From an uncultured cyanobacterium (lineage in GTDB: Bacteria; Cyanobacteriota; Cyanobacteriia; Cyanobacteriales; CAWCAG01), in NCBI GenBank assembly GCA_963803805.1, contig CAWDOD010000005.1, forward strand, positions 64,001 to 128,000: 64,000 nucleotides of DNA. The letters run 5' to 3'. Every line of letters begins with the position of its first letter. Within the stretch, counting starts at the first letter, position 1. Shown one piece after another: positions 42,301-53,901 of the stretch. The translations under genes were made by a program, and so were the position numbers. Under the pieces are notes generated by a model that was not told the DNA's origin, searched no databases, and was given only the letters and a program-made list of their open reading frames with translations.

Positions 42301-45287
42301 CAAGGTTTAAACCTTCAGCATTAACGTCAAAGTTATACCGTTCAACAATATTAAGGCCAGAACTAGCTAAATCCAGGTCAGCATAACCACTAGCAAAAAA
42401 TCCTTCTGCTGTTGCTTGGGGAATTTCTAATCTTTTACCAGTCCAGTTGAAGGAAGCGGCTAAGGGTCTGTCGATTAAAGCTAAACCTTGATTAAAGTTC
42501 AAATCTCCCCTCGCCCTAATTCCTGCTGGAGTTAGATTTGCTAAACTTCCTCTGGCAAGAATGTTGCCCCCGACATTACCTTCTAAATCTTTGTTTAAAA
42601 GGGCTAAATTAACCCCATTAATATCTAAATCTGCCTCCCAGTTACCATTCCTAATATCAGCATCAGCAATAACGTTACCGCCACCAAGATTGTTTAAGTT
42701 CCCCTGAACTTTACCCTGCACTGTATTAGGGTTAAAGGAAGCCAAACTACCATTGAGATTAAAGTTACCTGTAAAAGCAGAACCTTGGAGTTGGGAAACT
42801 TGAGGGACAAGTTGCGCCACTTGTAAGTTTCGGCTTAACCCTCTAGCTTGCCAGCGATTGTTGCCTAAATTAATTTGAGAAGCGTTAATTACCCCTCCCC
42901 CATTGGGCAAGGTTAAATTCCCTGAACCACCACCCCTTACTCCCGCTAAGGAGAGGTTGTTGAGGGAACCAACCAGATTTAAGTCACTATTAACAATCCC
43001 CTGAAATTGCCGAGGAACTGAAGCCAGATTCCTAACCCTAATGCCCCTAGCTTGGACATCACTTTGCCAACGTCCCCCTGCTACTCGCACATCATTAGCA
43101 ACCACTGTACCCCCAGCTAAACCGAAATTAGCTGACCCCCTGGCGCGAATGCTATTAAGGTTTAAAGAATTTATATTACCTGCGAGGTTAAAGCTGCCAT
43201 CTAATTCCCCTAGTCGGAATGTGGCAGGTAGGGGAACGATACTTGCTAAATCAATACTAGAAAGCCTGGCGGTACTACGCCAATCCCCCCTTTCTAAGGC
43301 AATATCCCTAAGACTAATTCTGCCCCCAACTGCACTTAAATTAGCTGTTCCTGTGGCCAAAATTGATTCTGGGGAAAAGTCACTTAAACTACCAGAAACA
43401 TTCAGCAAAACCGACTCTAGCTGCCCCCCAGGAATTTGGGGAGGCAATTCAATTAAGCGAGAAAGTTGTACATCACTAGCTTGAATTCTCCCTTGCCAAC
43501 GCCCCCTATTAAGGAGGATATTGTTGATGGCTACATTTTGTCCTGCCAGGTTGGTTTGTGCCGATCCCGTGGCGGTAATATTTTGTAGGTTAATCTTGTT
43601 GACGCTACCAGAAACATTAAACAAACCATTCAAATTACTTTGGCGGAATAGTAAAGGAGAAGTTCCGGTTATTTCGGTAACAATTTGATTAAGCTTCAGC
43701 CCAGAAGTCCTTACTAAACCAGCCCAACGCCCATTCCTGACCTGAATATTCCTGGCGGCAACTATTCCTCCGGCTAAATTCAAGTTGCCATTAATATCTG
43801 CTTGCAGGTTTTCTAATTTCTTCCAAGGGCCAAATAACTTGGCATTCCCCCCTACCAAACCTAAAGTGATAGGTAAATTCAAATCATAAATTCTGGCGAT
43901 CGCCTCTGCTGATAAACCTGTAGCGTTAGCGTCTATGGCGAGGTTTCCCCCTTCTTTAAGATTGACATTGCCCGTCGCTTGAATTTTTCCCCCTACTAAG
44001 GGCAAAACCTCAAAGTTTTGAATCTTTAAATTACTACCTACCAACTCCAACAAGGCACTAAAGTTACCGAAGCGGAGTTTATCAACTTGGATAGTTTTTA
44101 TGCCCCTAGCTTTGACATTTACCTTCGGTTCTTTAAAAGGCCCAGTAATATCTAAGTTAGCGCGAATTTGCCCTTGAAAAGGAACGGGAGTTTTCTTAAC
44201 TCCAAAGGTGGTTAAAACTTTGGTAATCTCTACAGGGAAAGTCTCTGCTTTGATATTTAATCCCTTATCCAAGTCAATTGTTCCCCCAGCCTTAGCGGGA
44301 ACTTGACCAAAAACTGTAGAGATATTTTTGAGTTTAATTTCTGTCCCTTTGGCAATTAAACGGCCATTTGTTTTCCCTAAAGGCTGAGGTAATGCTTCTA
44401 AAGCGACAGTAACATTATCAACGTCAACAATGCCATTTAAAAGTAAAGGCTTTTCCCCATTAATCTCCGCAGCTAAATTAGCATCTAATTTTCCTTTTCT
44501 TAACTCAAAAGGTAAAGGCAACAAGCGACCAATTTCTAAAGCAGTTAACTGCTTCGCCCGCGCCCTTAATTTCGCCCGTTTCGTTTTAGTAAAAAACTCT
44601 CCTCGTAAACGAAAATCACCACTACTTAAAAAATCCCCTGCTAATTGAAAAACTAAATGTCTCCCCTCATCAAGAAGTTCAACCCTACCAGAATCTACCA
44701 ATAAATCTATGGGTTTATATAACTTCCCTTCTTTCGACCGAGGTACTAAAGTTACATCAGCATCCCTGAAACTAACCCGTTCAATTTCTGTTTTAATTGG
44801 CCCGGCTTCTTCATCGGAATTAGGGGGTAAGTTAATCCAAATCCCCTCTTCATCCTGTTCAGCATAAAGTTCTGGTTCTACCAAAATTACATCTAGTAAT
44901 AGCTGGCGATTTGTCAATAACTTGAAAAGATTATTAAACCTAACCTGAACTGCCTCAACAGAAGCACTATCGGAATCACTCGCCGTCGCTGGAATAGAAG
45001 TAGGGCCAAACTCTAACCCTCCTAAGCCTACACTCTCCAACTCGCCCAAATCAATAGGCCTTGCTAAAACTTGGGTAAGTTGTTTTTCTACAAAAGGGGA
45101 CAACTTTTGATGAAGAAGATATCCAACCCCAAGTTAAGCCGCCCCCTAACCCCACCAATACAATCCCCGTCAAACTAAACCACAAACGTCTCCGTCGCCG
45201 ACGAGGAGGCGGAGTTGGCGGAGTCGGTGGAGTCGACTCCGGTTGATTGGATTCTGGTTCATTGTCTGGGTTAGGGGTGTTAGTCAT
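39368..45287 (-). CDS. tamB: TamB / DUF490 translocation-assembly module protein, frameshifted near the 5' end
   Basis: Pro/Arg-rich N-terminus plus TM helix (ORF 45051-45287) continues into the 1911-aa Gly-rich beta ORF ending YEIRF; indel at ~45122. Confidence 0.85.
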
Positions 45288-45717
45288 CTTTAGGTTAGGG
45301 AATTGTAGTCAAAATTAAAAGCTAAAAAATCAAGAAAGCACTCTTACTGTAGGGGACTACTCTCTACTTTTGAAGAGAAAACTAGCTATGAAGTTTCACA
45401 GAATACAAATATCACAATAATCAAATTAATCAAGTCCTATATCGCTTCAGGACAGCAAGAGTTTTGTTCATTTTTTCCTCTACCTGCCCCATAACTATAG
45501 GATACGTAGCATTACGCCTTGATTTTTCCAGAAAATCATCTCAAAGTTTGTAACCAGATTAAACAAGAGTTAACTCTTAGCTTTTTTTCTTAGGGTATGT
45601 CAGAGACATAGTGATTTGACGAAGGGATAAAAGCTACTTATTTTTGGTTGTGAGGGAATTATCATTTAGAATTTTCTTTACATAGTGAGTTCTATCTTAC
45701 AAATAGGGATTATCGCC

Positions 45718-46456
45718 GTGGTCAATGTTGATCGTATTGCAGAAGAACACCAACTAGGAAACTTAGTTGGTGAATTTAGATGGAATAAGTCCAGGGCTAA
45801 ATTATTACTTTATATTTGGCTATTTTTGCTACCTATTATTGCTTTAGCTACTTTCTTTATTACCTCAGAACCTGTAGAGTTAGGTTATGGAATTGGTGGA
45901 ATTGCCTTACTAATCTGCTTGTACTTAGTTTATAGGCAAACGAGGAAGCTGAAAAAGAAGAAAGTCTTGTCTGTTTATGAACAAGGATTGATAGATTCAG
46001 CGTAAAGGCAAACCCAAAGTAATTTCCTTTGAAAATGTCAAAAAATTGTGGTTATCTATTAACCAGATTTATGGTAGAGGTTTAGCTTTATATCTTTATA
46101 CTTTACAAACTGAAGATGGTAAAAAGCACAAATTCAATAATAGCCTATCTAGTATTGAACAACTTGGTTTTTTATTCCAAAATCAAGTCTGGCGTTATCA
46201 ATTTCCTGCTGCTATGGATAAGTTCAAAGAGGGAGAAGAGGTTGATTTTGGCAAAATTAGTTTGAGCAAAGAAGGTTTATCTCTACGAAATAAAACTCTG
46301 TCTTGGTTAGAATTAGAAAAAATTGAGTTGATGGAAGGAATGGTATTTATTCAGGAAAAGCAAGAAGGAATATGGGCCAAGTTACCAGCTTCTGGATTTC
46401 CTAATTTATTCCTTTTCACGGCTATGACTGAGCAAATTAAAAAAGGGAATTTTTAA
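45718..46456 (+). CDS. DUF6585-like membrane protein, split by one frameshift
   Basis: Two TM helices, then VYEQG; removing one T at ~45996 joins IDQRKGKPKVISFENV to VDFGKISLSKEGL and FPNLFLF. Confidence 0.6.
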
Positions 46457-46519
46457 TTGCTAATGGCTAGTTACTAGTTGCTGGTTGTTACTGGTTAATA
46501 TTTAATTAATAACTTAAAA

Positions 46520-47329
46520 ATGTATTGGTATGATGGTCAAGTAATTGACAGTGACTCTATTGAACTTTCTTTAGATAATCCTGGTTTACTTTATGGGGCA
46601 ACGGTTTTTACTACCCTAAGAATTTATCACCAATCTTTAGAAGAGCCTCTCACGAATTGGTTTGCCCACTGGCAACGTCTCCATCATGCTATAGAAACTG
46701 TAGCTTGGCAAGCACCTGATTGGCATAATGTTAAAAAAGGTACAGAAACTTTAATAACCCATTTTCCTGTCCTACGTATTACTCTTTTTCCTGATGGTAA
46801 AGAACTAATTACTGGACGTGACTTACCAAAGGATTTAGCCCAAAGCCAAACCCAAGGAGTTAGGACTTGGTTAGCCACAAATTCAGATTACTCTCGCTCC
46901 TTACCTCACCTAAAAACAGGTAACTATTTAGCACCTTGGCTTGCTTTGAAACAAGCTCAAAAGTTAGGTGCAAAAGAAGCAATTCTTGTTGATATTTACG
47001 GCAATTGGTTAGAAACTTCTACGGGTAATCTTTGGGGCTGGAAAAATGGTTGTTGGTTTACTCCTCCCCTCAAGTCTGGCATCCTACCAGGAACTATGCG
47101 GCAACAACTTCTCAATTGGTTAGAATCTTCCCAACAACCAAAACAAACTACTACTATTTGGGATGAAATTTTTGTTCGAGAATTAGAAGCCGTTGCCTAT
47201 ACAAATAGTGTTTTAGAAGTTATACCTATTCACACAATATTAAGAACCCAAGGCAATCTTAAATATAATCCTCATCATGCCAGCTTAGGGCAGTTGCAAG
47301 ATTTTTTTATTGCTAACAAGAAAATATAA
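46520..47329 (+). CDS. PLP-dependent aminotransferase class IV (aminodeoxychorismate lyase-like)
   Basis: GLLYGATVFTTLR, HWQRL, LKTGNY, ETSTGNLW, GILPGTMR. Confidence 0.85.
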   Translation: MYWYDGQVIDSDSIELSLDNPGLLYGATVFTTLRIYHQSLEEPLTNWFAHWQRLHHAIETVAWQAPDWHNVKKGTETLITHFPVLRITLFPDGKELITGRDLPKDLAQSQTQGVRTWLATNSDYSRSLPHLKTGNYLAPWLALKQAQKLGAKEAILVDIYGNWLETSTGNLWGWKNGCWFTPPLKSGILPGTMRQQLLNWLESSQQPKQTTTIWDEIFVRELEAVAYTNSVLEVIPIHTILRTQGNLKYNPHHASLGQLQDFFIANKKI

Positions 47330-47409
47330 TCTTGTTTTCTCTGCCCTTGACATGATATTATGTACATGGTGAAAAAGGTGCGCTCTTTAAAGCAGTTTTT
47401 AAAGATAAT

Positions 47410-48027
47410 TTAACAACTTATTCCTAACTCTTTCCTCACCTCATCAATAGGACGTTGCCAGTTATCTTCAAAATGGTAATTAAGGAGAAACTGAGCTTGC
47501 TTCCCCAGTAATTTTCCTCGGTGAGCATTGGCAAATATCACTTTAGTTTGTGATGGGGCAAAAAGTGGATAAAGTACTTTAGCTAAGGGAAGAGTAAAAT
47601 TAAAAATCCGATTATATTTCTGTGTCTGAGTAAATGCTAAAACGCCGATTTCTCCTGCTAAACTTGTATCAAAACCTAGCAAGACGTGATGAATATCATG
47701 GGTGGCAATGTAGCGTAGAGGGAAAGGATTATTTTTAGAGTATTCCTTGAAATCAGAACTAATTTCTAAAGGTTGTAGCTGATATTTACGCATATGAGAA
47801 GCATATTCATAACCAAATGTACCTTTTGGCAATTTAATAAGTTCGTCTAAATTTATAGTTGGAGCGTAACCTGCTACTCCTTGCATTCGAGAAACAATCT
47901 CAGCACTTGTACCGGGGATTAGCAATTCAACTTTAAGAAAGGCAATATCGCCTGCTTTGCCGGATTTCCGATATTCCTGTATTGCTTGTAAGAAACGTTT
48001 AAATCTAATCATAGTGAGACTCTCCAT
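47410..48027 (-). CDS. Coq4-family protein
   Basis: LPKGTFGYEYA, RYIATHDIHHVLLGFDTSLAGEIG. Confidence 0.85.
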   Translation of the reverse strand: MESLTMIRFKRFLQAIQEYRKSGKAGDIAFLKVELLIPGTSAEIVSRMQGVAGYAPTINLDELIKLPKGTFGYEYASHMRKYQLQPLEISSDFKEYSKNNPFPLRYIATHDIHHVLLGFDTSLAGEIGVLAFTQTQKYNRIFNFTLPLAKVLYPLFAPSQTKVIFANAHRGKLLGKQAQFLLNYHFEDNWQRPIDEVRKELGISC

Positions 48028-48141
48028 CAGCTTTGATGTTTATACAAAAAAATAGGAGAGATAGAAAATTATAAGACTAATTAAAATACAAGGAAAGCTG
48101 AGATATTTTTCCAGGCTGTAATCGTTTAGATAATTACTTTA

Positions 48142-49605
48142 ATGGTAGACCAAAGCCAACTAGATTTGCTTAAAAGCGGTGTAAACGAGTGGAACGAGTG
48201 GAGAAGAGAAAATCCCAAAGTTCAGATAGACCTTAGTAATGCTGATCTCAGCTATGCTAACCTTGGCGGCACTAATCTCAAAGCTGCCAACCTTAACAAT
48301 GCTAACCTTGGCGCTGTTAACTTAAGAGGAGCCTGTCTTGCTTATGCAAACCTTACTAATGTCAATTTTAAAGACTTGGTGGGGGCTGATCTTAGAGATG
48401 CCAAGCTTAACAGTGCTAATCTCAATGATAGCAATCTCAGTGATAGCGATCTTAGTTATGCAAACCTCTATGGAGCTTACTTGAATGGAGCTAAACTCAT
48501 TAGAGCCAATCTTAGCAATACTAACCTTAGTTATACTAGATTCCTTAAAGCAAACCTAAATGGAGCTAAACTCACTGGGGCTAATCTTAGTTGTGCAAAC
48601 TTAAAAGGGATTGACTTAGAAGGAGCAAATTTAGAAGGATGTCAGCTAGAACAAGTAACATTAGAAAAAGCCAATCTTAAAAAAGCTAGTCTCCAAAAAT
48701 TAGACCTAAGTGGAGCATATCTTAAGCAAGCAGATTTGACAATGGCGAATCTGGAGGGAGCTTATTTAAATGGGGCTTATTTAACTAATACTAACCTCAA
48801 AAAAGCAAAGCTCAATGGAGCAAGTTTAAAAGGAGTTGACTTAAGGAATGCCAACCTGTTGTTAGCTGAAGCATTAGGTACTAATTTTGAGGGTGCAAAT
48901 TTTACAGGGGCTTGTATCGGAGACTGGAAAATTGATCGCACTACTAGCTTGAATTATGTTATCTGCCAGTATGTTTATTTAGCTTATCAAAACAAACATC
49001 GTATTCCTACCAATGGGCAAGAGAATTTTGCTTTAGGAAGATTCAGCCAGTTTGCCCAAAAGTCTCTAGTAATTATAGACCTTTTCTTCCCTCAAGATAT
49101 AGATTGGCAGGCATTTATTTTCTCTTTCAATCACTTACAAGCCCAAGGGAAAGGTAAAGAGTTAACTATCAAAGCTATAGAGAGCAAAAATAATGGGACG
49201 CTTGTCGTGAAAATCAATGTTCCTAGTGAATTAGATGTTAATAAAATTGAAGCATTTTTTTGGCAAAAGTATCAAGAATCTTGTCAGGAAGCCGCAGAAA
49301 CTTACTGTGAACAAATTCAGGTAACAGATATTGAAAACTTAAAAGAAATTGAGCAGAAGGAAACTTTAGCAGAAGTGGCAGTGGTTGTTAAACCGTTTTT
49401 AGGGCAGCTAGAAACCCAAGGATTCAGCCTTCAAGGGGCTAAAAATAAAGTTGCTAGCGAATTAGCAACCCAGGCTAATAATAACCCTTTGTTTAAAAGC
49501 AAACTGGTAGCATGGGAAAAATATTTAGCCGATGCTGCTGTTAATAGTGTTATTCATACAGAAGTTGTAGAAGTAATTCAGTTAGCCTTGGGTTTTATAG
49601 TCTAA
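48142..49605 (+). CDS. Pentapeptide repeat protein
   Basis: EWNEWR start, long A(N/D)Lxx repeat run, ANFTGACIGDW, distinct C-terminal domain. Confidence 0.93.
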   Translation: MVDQSQLDLLKSGVNEWNEWRRENPKVQIDLSNADLSYANLGGTNLKAANLNNANLGAVNLRGACLAYANLTNVNFKDLVGADLRDAKLNSANLNDSNLSDSDLSYANLYGAYLNGAKLIRANLSNTNLSYTRFLKANLNGAKLTGANLSCANLKGIDLEGANLEGCQLEQVTLEKANLKKASLQKLDLSGAYLKQADLTMANLEGAYLNGAYLTNTNLKKAKLNGASLKGVDLRNANLLLAEALGTNFEGANFTGACIGDWKIDRTTSLNYVICQYVYLAYQNKHRIPTNGQENFALGRFSQFAQKSLVIIDLFFPQDIDWQAFIFSFNHLQAQGKGKELTIKAIESKNNGTLVVKINVPSELDVNKIEAFFWQKYQESCQEAAETYCEQIQVTDIENLKEIEQKETLAEVAVVVKPFLGQLETQGFSLQGAKNKVASELATQANNNPLFKSKLVAWEKYLADAAVNSVIHTEVVEVIQLALGFIV

Positions 49606-49650
49606 GAATTATCAAACCAGACAAGGTTTTTAAAAACTTAACTGAATAAA

Positions 49651-52383
49651 TTAAAAACCTTGATTAGCAATCCCGGCTAAAACTTGCTCTTTATGCTCTC
49701 CTGGTTCTAAAGTATTAGCTAATTCTTCAGCTTGTGTCAATACTTCTGTTGCTTGTTGTTTTTGATTGGCGATTCCATATTGTTGAGCAATTCGTCGTAG
49801 GGCAGTAATTTGATAATCGACTCCTCCTGTCGCTAAAGCAATTTTTTGGGCAAAGTCATATTCTTCAGCTTCTAAGGAGGCTTGCAAAGTTTCCCATAGC
49901 TTATCTTCCCAAGCTTGCTGATCTTGAATATCTTGTGCTGCTTCTAAAGCCAGAGTTAGAGTTTGCTCAGAGGCTTGATTGTTTCCTGCTTTAGTATAAT
50001 TAAAGGCAAAGCCTAAAAACATATATGCTTTAGCTTCAGGCTGTAAAATTGCCTGGGTAATGTTAATTATTTGATTGTCATCCCAACCTGGGGCAGGGGC
50101 TGAAAAACCATAACCAGCGTTATCAAAAAAACTTACTTGCTCACTTAATAATCGATCCTTTGCTCCTGTATCTGGTATCTTTTGGGCAGCAGCTAAAGCT
50201 TGATTCAAAGTTTCTGAACTCAGAGAGGAATTATTGAGGCTATTATATTTCTGGGCAAGGGTTAATAACAGACTTGTTTTTTGCTCAGGATCATGAACTT
50301 GCTGCACTACATCCTGAGCAAGTTGAGGACTACTAGCATCAGCCAAGATAGCAACCAAGGAGTTTAGTTGCTGTTTTTTCTCGTAGTCTGATGGCAATCG
50401 GTTGATTTGCTGCAAAGTCTTACTAATTAAAGGCTTTAGCTTGATATTTTCAGCACTAGCATTTTTGTAAGCAGCAATAAAACTAATCGATAAAGATACA
50501 TCTCCCAGTTTTTCTACTTGAGGTGCAGCCTCATCTAAAATTGTGTAGGCAAAGCTCGCTCCCGGCATCGCTTCTTCTTTTTCGCCAACTTCTGCTAACA
50601 AGCTAGCAAATTGTAATTTGGCGTTGATACTCCAGTCTTCTACTGCAATAGTTGAGTTAAGTTGCTGTGCCTTGGCAATAATACTTTTTACCCGCTCAAA
50701 ATTACCGAGGTTTTTTTCTAAACGTGCAATTGCTAGGAAATCGCTAATGCGCTCATAAGGTTCCCCTGGTAAAGTTAGACTTTCTTCCTCAGCTTGGACT
50801 AATAGTATCTCAGCTTGCTCTTTTTCCCCTAATTCAATATATTCTTCAGCAATATACCAAATCCTGTTTTCAGAGTGAAAAAAACCATAAGTACTTGAGT
50901 TTGACAACTGTTGCCGATTAAATTTGTTGATTGACTGAGCCGCAACAGATAAGATTTCTACACCTCGCTGCTTTTGCCCAAACTCAACAAAATCCCTAGC
51001 TAAGGGGATGAGAATTGTGGCATTGGAGTACTGAAAAAACAAACTTCGCTCCGGTACAACATTAACTATTTCAATAGTTTTGGCAATATTGAAGGCGCGA
51101 TCTAATGTTGCTATTGCTTGGGATGAGTTACCATTTTCATGGTAGGTACGGGCAATAGTTTGTAACGCATTTACTTGATCTTCTTTTTTGCTTAAATTGA
51201 GAGCAACTTCTTGAGCAAAAGCAAAGTCTTTTTGTGTAAGAGATTGCTGAATAATCTCAAAAAATAACTCGACTTTAGGATCTGTATATTCAGGCAAAGG
51301 CAGTAAAACGTCGTCAGGAATCAACTTTGCAAATTCAAAAGCTTTCTGATATTTCCCTTGGCTAAGATAAGCGTTAGCTAACAAAGAGCGATCAAAAGCA
51401 GCCTCATTACCATCACCCCTTAACTTAGCTGCAAAGTCTCTAACTTTCTCCTCTTGCCCAGTTGCCAACCATTTTCCTAACCAATGACTAAGGGGAGGAT
51501 CACCCCTTTGTTTACTTAACTCCACGGCTAACTCAACAATTTCCTTCGCTTCTTGCTGTTGCCCTACCGCCAAGTGAGCATCTGCCAAACTTTCTAATAC
51601 TTGTACCCGAAATACTGGGTTAGATATCTTTTCGCTAGCTGCGGTGGCAACTTCATAATAACCAGCCCTAGAAGCATTCTTAGCTAGGTTACTAGCTACG
51701 CTATAAATATTATCTTCATCACTTAAGGTAGAAATAAAAGCCAAAGCTTCTTGATATTTTTTCTTTTGACTATAACTTTGTATAACCGCATCTACCGCCT
51801 GATATTGTTGGTAGTTATTTTCTTGTATAGAAAGAGCAATCTCCTCCGCTTCTACTAGCTTACCTGCTTGACTAAAAGCTGTCACCACTTCCACTAAAGC
51901 ACGGGATTGAGCAGCTTCTAATTCTAAACCACGGGCATATTCTAAAGCTTGTTTGTACTCTTTCGCTGTTAAATAAGCTTGAGTAATCATCACTTCAGCT
52001 TTGATTCTGGCTGCAAACCAACGCTCATCTTCTATTCTGGCATCGTAGCTAATTTGTTTAGTAAGGGCGATCGCTTCTTCGATTGCCCCCACCTTAGCTA
52101 ATTCGGCAATTACTACTACCAAGGTTTCATTTTTGCTTAGTTCGTCTTCAATATCTTCGGCCAAGGTAAAGGCTTGAGTCAATGTTTCTACAGCTTTGTC
52201 TTGCTGATTTTCTCCAGCTAACTGGCGTGCTTTAAAGAGCAACTCCCACACCACATCTAACGGTTGAGAAGGATTTTGAGAAGATGCTAATAGGTTAATT
52301 TGAGACTTGCTGTAAGCAACTTCAGCAAAGGGAACACAAATCAAACAACCTATCACCAAAAACAAAAAATAGTTTTTAATCAC
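49651..52383 (-). CDS. Secreted TPR-like helical repeat protein
   Basis: Signal peptide; repeated helical units (L.QA...A..I, AL..IA..Y). Confidence 0.75.
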   Translation of the reverse strand: MIKNYFLFLVIGCLICVPFAEVAYSKSQINLLASSQNPSQPLDVVWELLFKARQLAGENQQDKAVETLTQAFTLAEDIEDELSKNETLVVVIAELAKVGAIEEAIALTKQISYDARIEDERWFAARIKAEVMITQAYLTAKEYKQALEYARGLELEAAQSRALVEVVTAFSQAGKLVEAEEIALSIQENNYQQYQAVDAVIQSYSQKKKYQEALAFISTLSDEDNIYSVASNLAKNASRAGYYEVATAASEKISNPVFRVQVLESLADAHLAVGQQQEAKEIVELAVELSKQRGDPPLSHWLGKWLATGQEEKVRDFAAKLRGDGNEAAFDRSLLANAYLSQGKYQKAFEFAKLIPDDVLLPLPEYTDPKVELFFEIIQQSLTQKDFAFAQEVALNLSKKEDQVNALQTIARTYHENGNSSQAIATLDRAFNIAKTIEIVNVVPERSLFFQYSNATILIPLARDFVEFGQKQRGVEILSVAAQSINKFNRQQLSNSSTYGFFHSENRIWYIAEEYIELGEKEQAEILLVQAEEESLTLPGEPYERISDFLAIARLEKNLGNFERVKSIIAKAQQLNSTIAVEDWSINAKLQFASLLAEVGEKEEAMPGASFAYTILDEAAPQVEKLGDVSLSISFIAAYKNASAENIKLKPLISKTLQQINRLPSDYEKKQQLNSLVAILADASSPQLAQDVVQQVHDPEQKTSLLLTLAQKYNSLNNSSLSSETLNQALAAAQKIPDTGAKDRLLSEQVSFFDNAGYGFSAPAPGWDDNQIINITQAILQPEAKAYMFLGFAFNYTKAGNNQASEQTLTLALEAAQDIQDQQAWEDKLWETLQASLEAEEYDFAQKIALATGGVDYQITALRRIAQQYGIANQKQQATEVLTQAEELANTLEPGEHKEQVLAGIANQGF
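50546..50566 (-). repeat. 21-nt small dispersed repeat (SDR5-like) inserted in a HIP1-like site
   Basis: Minus strand GCGAT[GCCGGGAGCGAGCTTTGCCTA]CAC; removal gives GCGATCAC and keeps the frame. Confidence 0.7.
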
Positions 52384-52459
52384 AGTTTTAATTTCTAAAA
52401 GTGTAAACTCCTAGACATAAAAACAACCTTCTTTGTTCAGCATTTCCCACAACCTTTGT

Positions 52460-53785
52460 TCATTGCATGGTTACAAACTCCTCTGCCACCGTAGGATGAA
52501 GAGCAACTGTCGCATCAAAATCAGCTTTGGTACAGCCTTTTTTAACAGCGATCGCCACTCCTTGAATAATTTCTGCGGCGTGATCCCCTACCATATGAGC
52601 GCCTAAAACTTGGTCATTCTCTTTGTTAACTACCAACTTCATCATGGTTTTTTCATCACGATGAGCCAAACTATAGTAAGTAGACTTAAACTTAGCGCGG
52701 TAAGTTTTGATCCCTTCCTCGCCATATTGTTCTTGTGCTTCAGCTTCAGTTAAACCTACTGTACCAGCTTCAGGAGTAGAGAATATAGCCGTGGGGATAT
52801 TATCATAAGCCATGGTTTTAGACATCCCACCAAACTCTGTATCAGCGAAAGCCCGTCCTTCCCTAATGGCTACAGGAGTTAATTGTACTCGATCTAAACA
52901 ATCTCCCACTGCATAAATATTTTTTTGTGCCGTTTGCCCATACTTATCAGCCACAACAGCACCATTTTTAATCTCAACCCCAGTATTTTCTAAACCAAGC
53001 TTCTCTAAGTTAGGTGTGCGCCCTGTAGCGGCTAAAACAACTTCTGCTGTAGAATCCCCCACCTTTAATCCTTCCGGTGTCTTAGTAACTTCCTTAGCCT
53101 CTGTTCCTGTGATTAAATTAATCCCATGACTCGCCATTGCTTCAGTAATAGTTAAACGCAAATCATCATCAAATCCCCGGAGAATTTTGTCTCCGCGAAC
53201 TATTTGTGTTACCTGGGTTCCTAAGCCATTCATAATACAGGCAAATTCTGTACCAATATAACCACCACCCAAAATGATCATCTGCTTAGGTTGTTCTTTG
53301 AGGGTAAACATATCATCAGAGGTAATGGTATGTTCTATACCCGGAATATCTGGTGTTTGAGGTTTCCCTCCCACCGCAATTAAAATTTTCTCGGCTGTTA
53401 CCTTCTCTTCACCAATTTCTAGGGTATGGGGATCGAGAAACTTAGCATAACCGCGATAGATTTTAACACCACCTTTATCCAACATCCTTTGATAAACCCC
53501 ATTTAACCGCGTCAGTTCCTTATCAATGGCTGTCACCAGCTTTGACCAATCAAAGCTACTTTCTACTCCACTCCAACCGTAACCTTGCCCGTCATGGAAA
53601 AGTTCAGGAAAATGGGAAGCATAAACCATCAACTTTTTAGGAATACAACCGCGATTAACGCAGGTTCCCCCCAAACGGCTAAATTCCGCTACAGCAACTT
53701 TAGCACCATATCCTGCTGCTCTCCTAGCACAAGCAACGCCTCCAGAACCTGCACCAATAACAAATAAATCATAATCGTAACTCAT
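52460..53785 (-). CDS. gor: Glutathione-disulfide reductase
   Basis: IGAGSGG, GGTCVNRGCIPKK, GGGYIG, LTPVAI, HPTVAEEFVTM. Confidence 0.93.
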   Translation of the reverse strand: MSYDYDLFVIGAGSGGVACARRAAGYGAKVAVAEFSRLGGTCVNRGCIPKKLMVYASHFPELFHDGQGYGWSGVESSFDWSKLVTAIDKELTRLNGVYQRMLDKGGVKIYRGYAKFLDPHTLEIGEEKVTAEKILIAVGGKPQTPDIPGIEHTITSDDMFTLKEQPKQMIILGGGYIGTEFACIMNGLGTQVTQIVRGDKILRGFDDDLRLTITEAMASHGINLITGTEAKEVTKTPEGLKVGDSTAEVVLAATGRTPNLEKLGLENTGVEIKNGAVVADKYGQTAQKNIYAVGDCLDRVQLTPVAIREGRAFADTEFGGMSKTMAYDNIPTAIFSTPEAGTVGLTEAEAQEQYGEEGIKTYRAKFKSTYYSLAHRDEKTMMKLVVNKENDQVLGAHMVGDHAAEIIQGVAIAVKKGCTKADFDATVALHPTVAEEFVTMQ

Positions 53786-53901
53786 AAATTTTATTAACTC
53801 CGTTTTTTATTAATTTGTTTTAGTTAGGAAACAGGGTTAGCGTTAGCCTCGCCGTAAGGTTACAAGGAACAGAGAATAGGATAATCATTGTTATGAACCA
53901 A

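Noticed and set aside
40026-44648. Several antisense ORFs inside tamB, and similar ones inside comB, the cyclases, plsX and kinases
   Set aside because: Shadow frames opposite well-supported genes, with no protein motifs.
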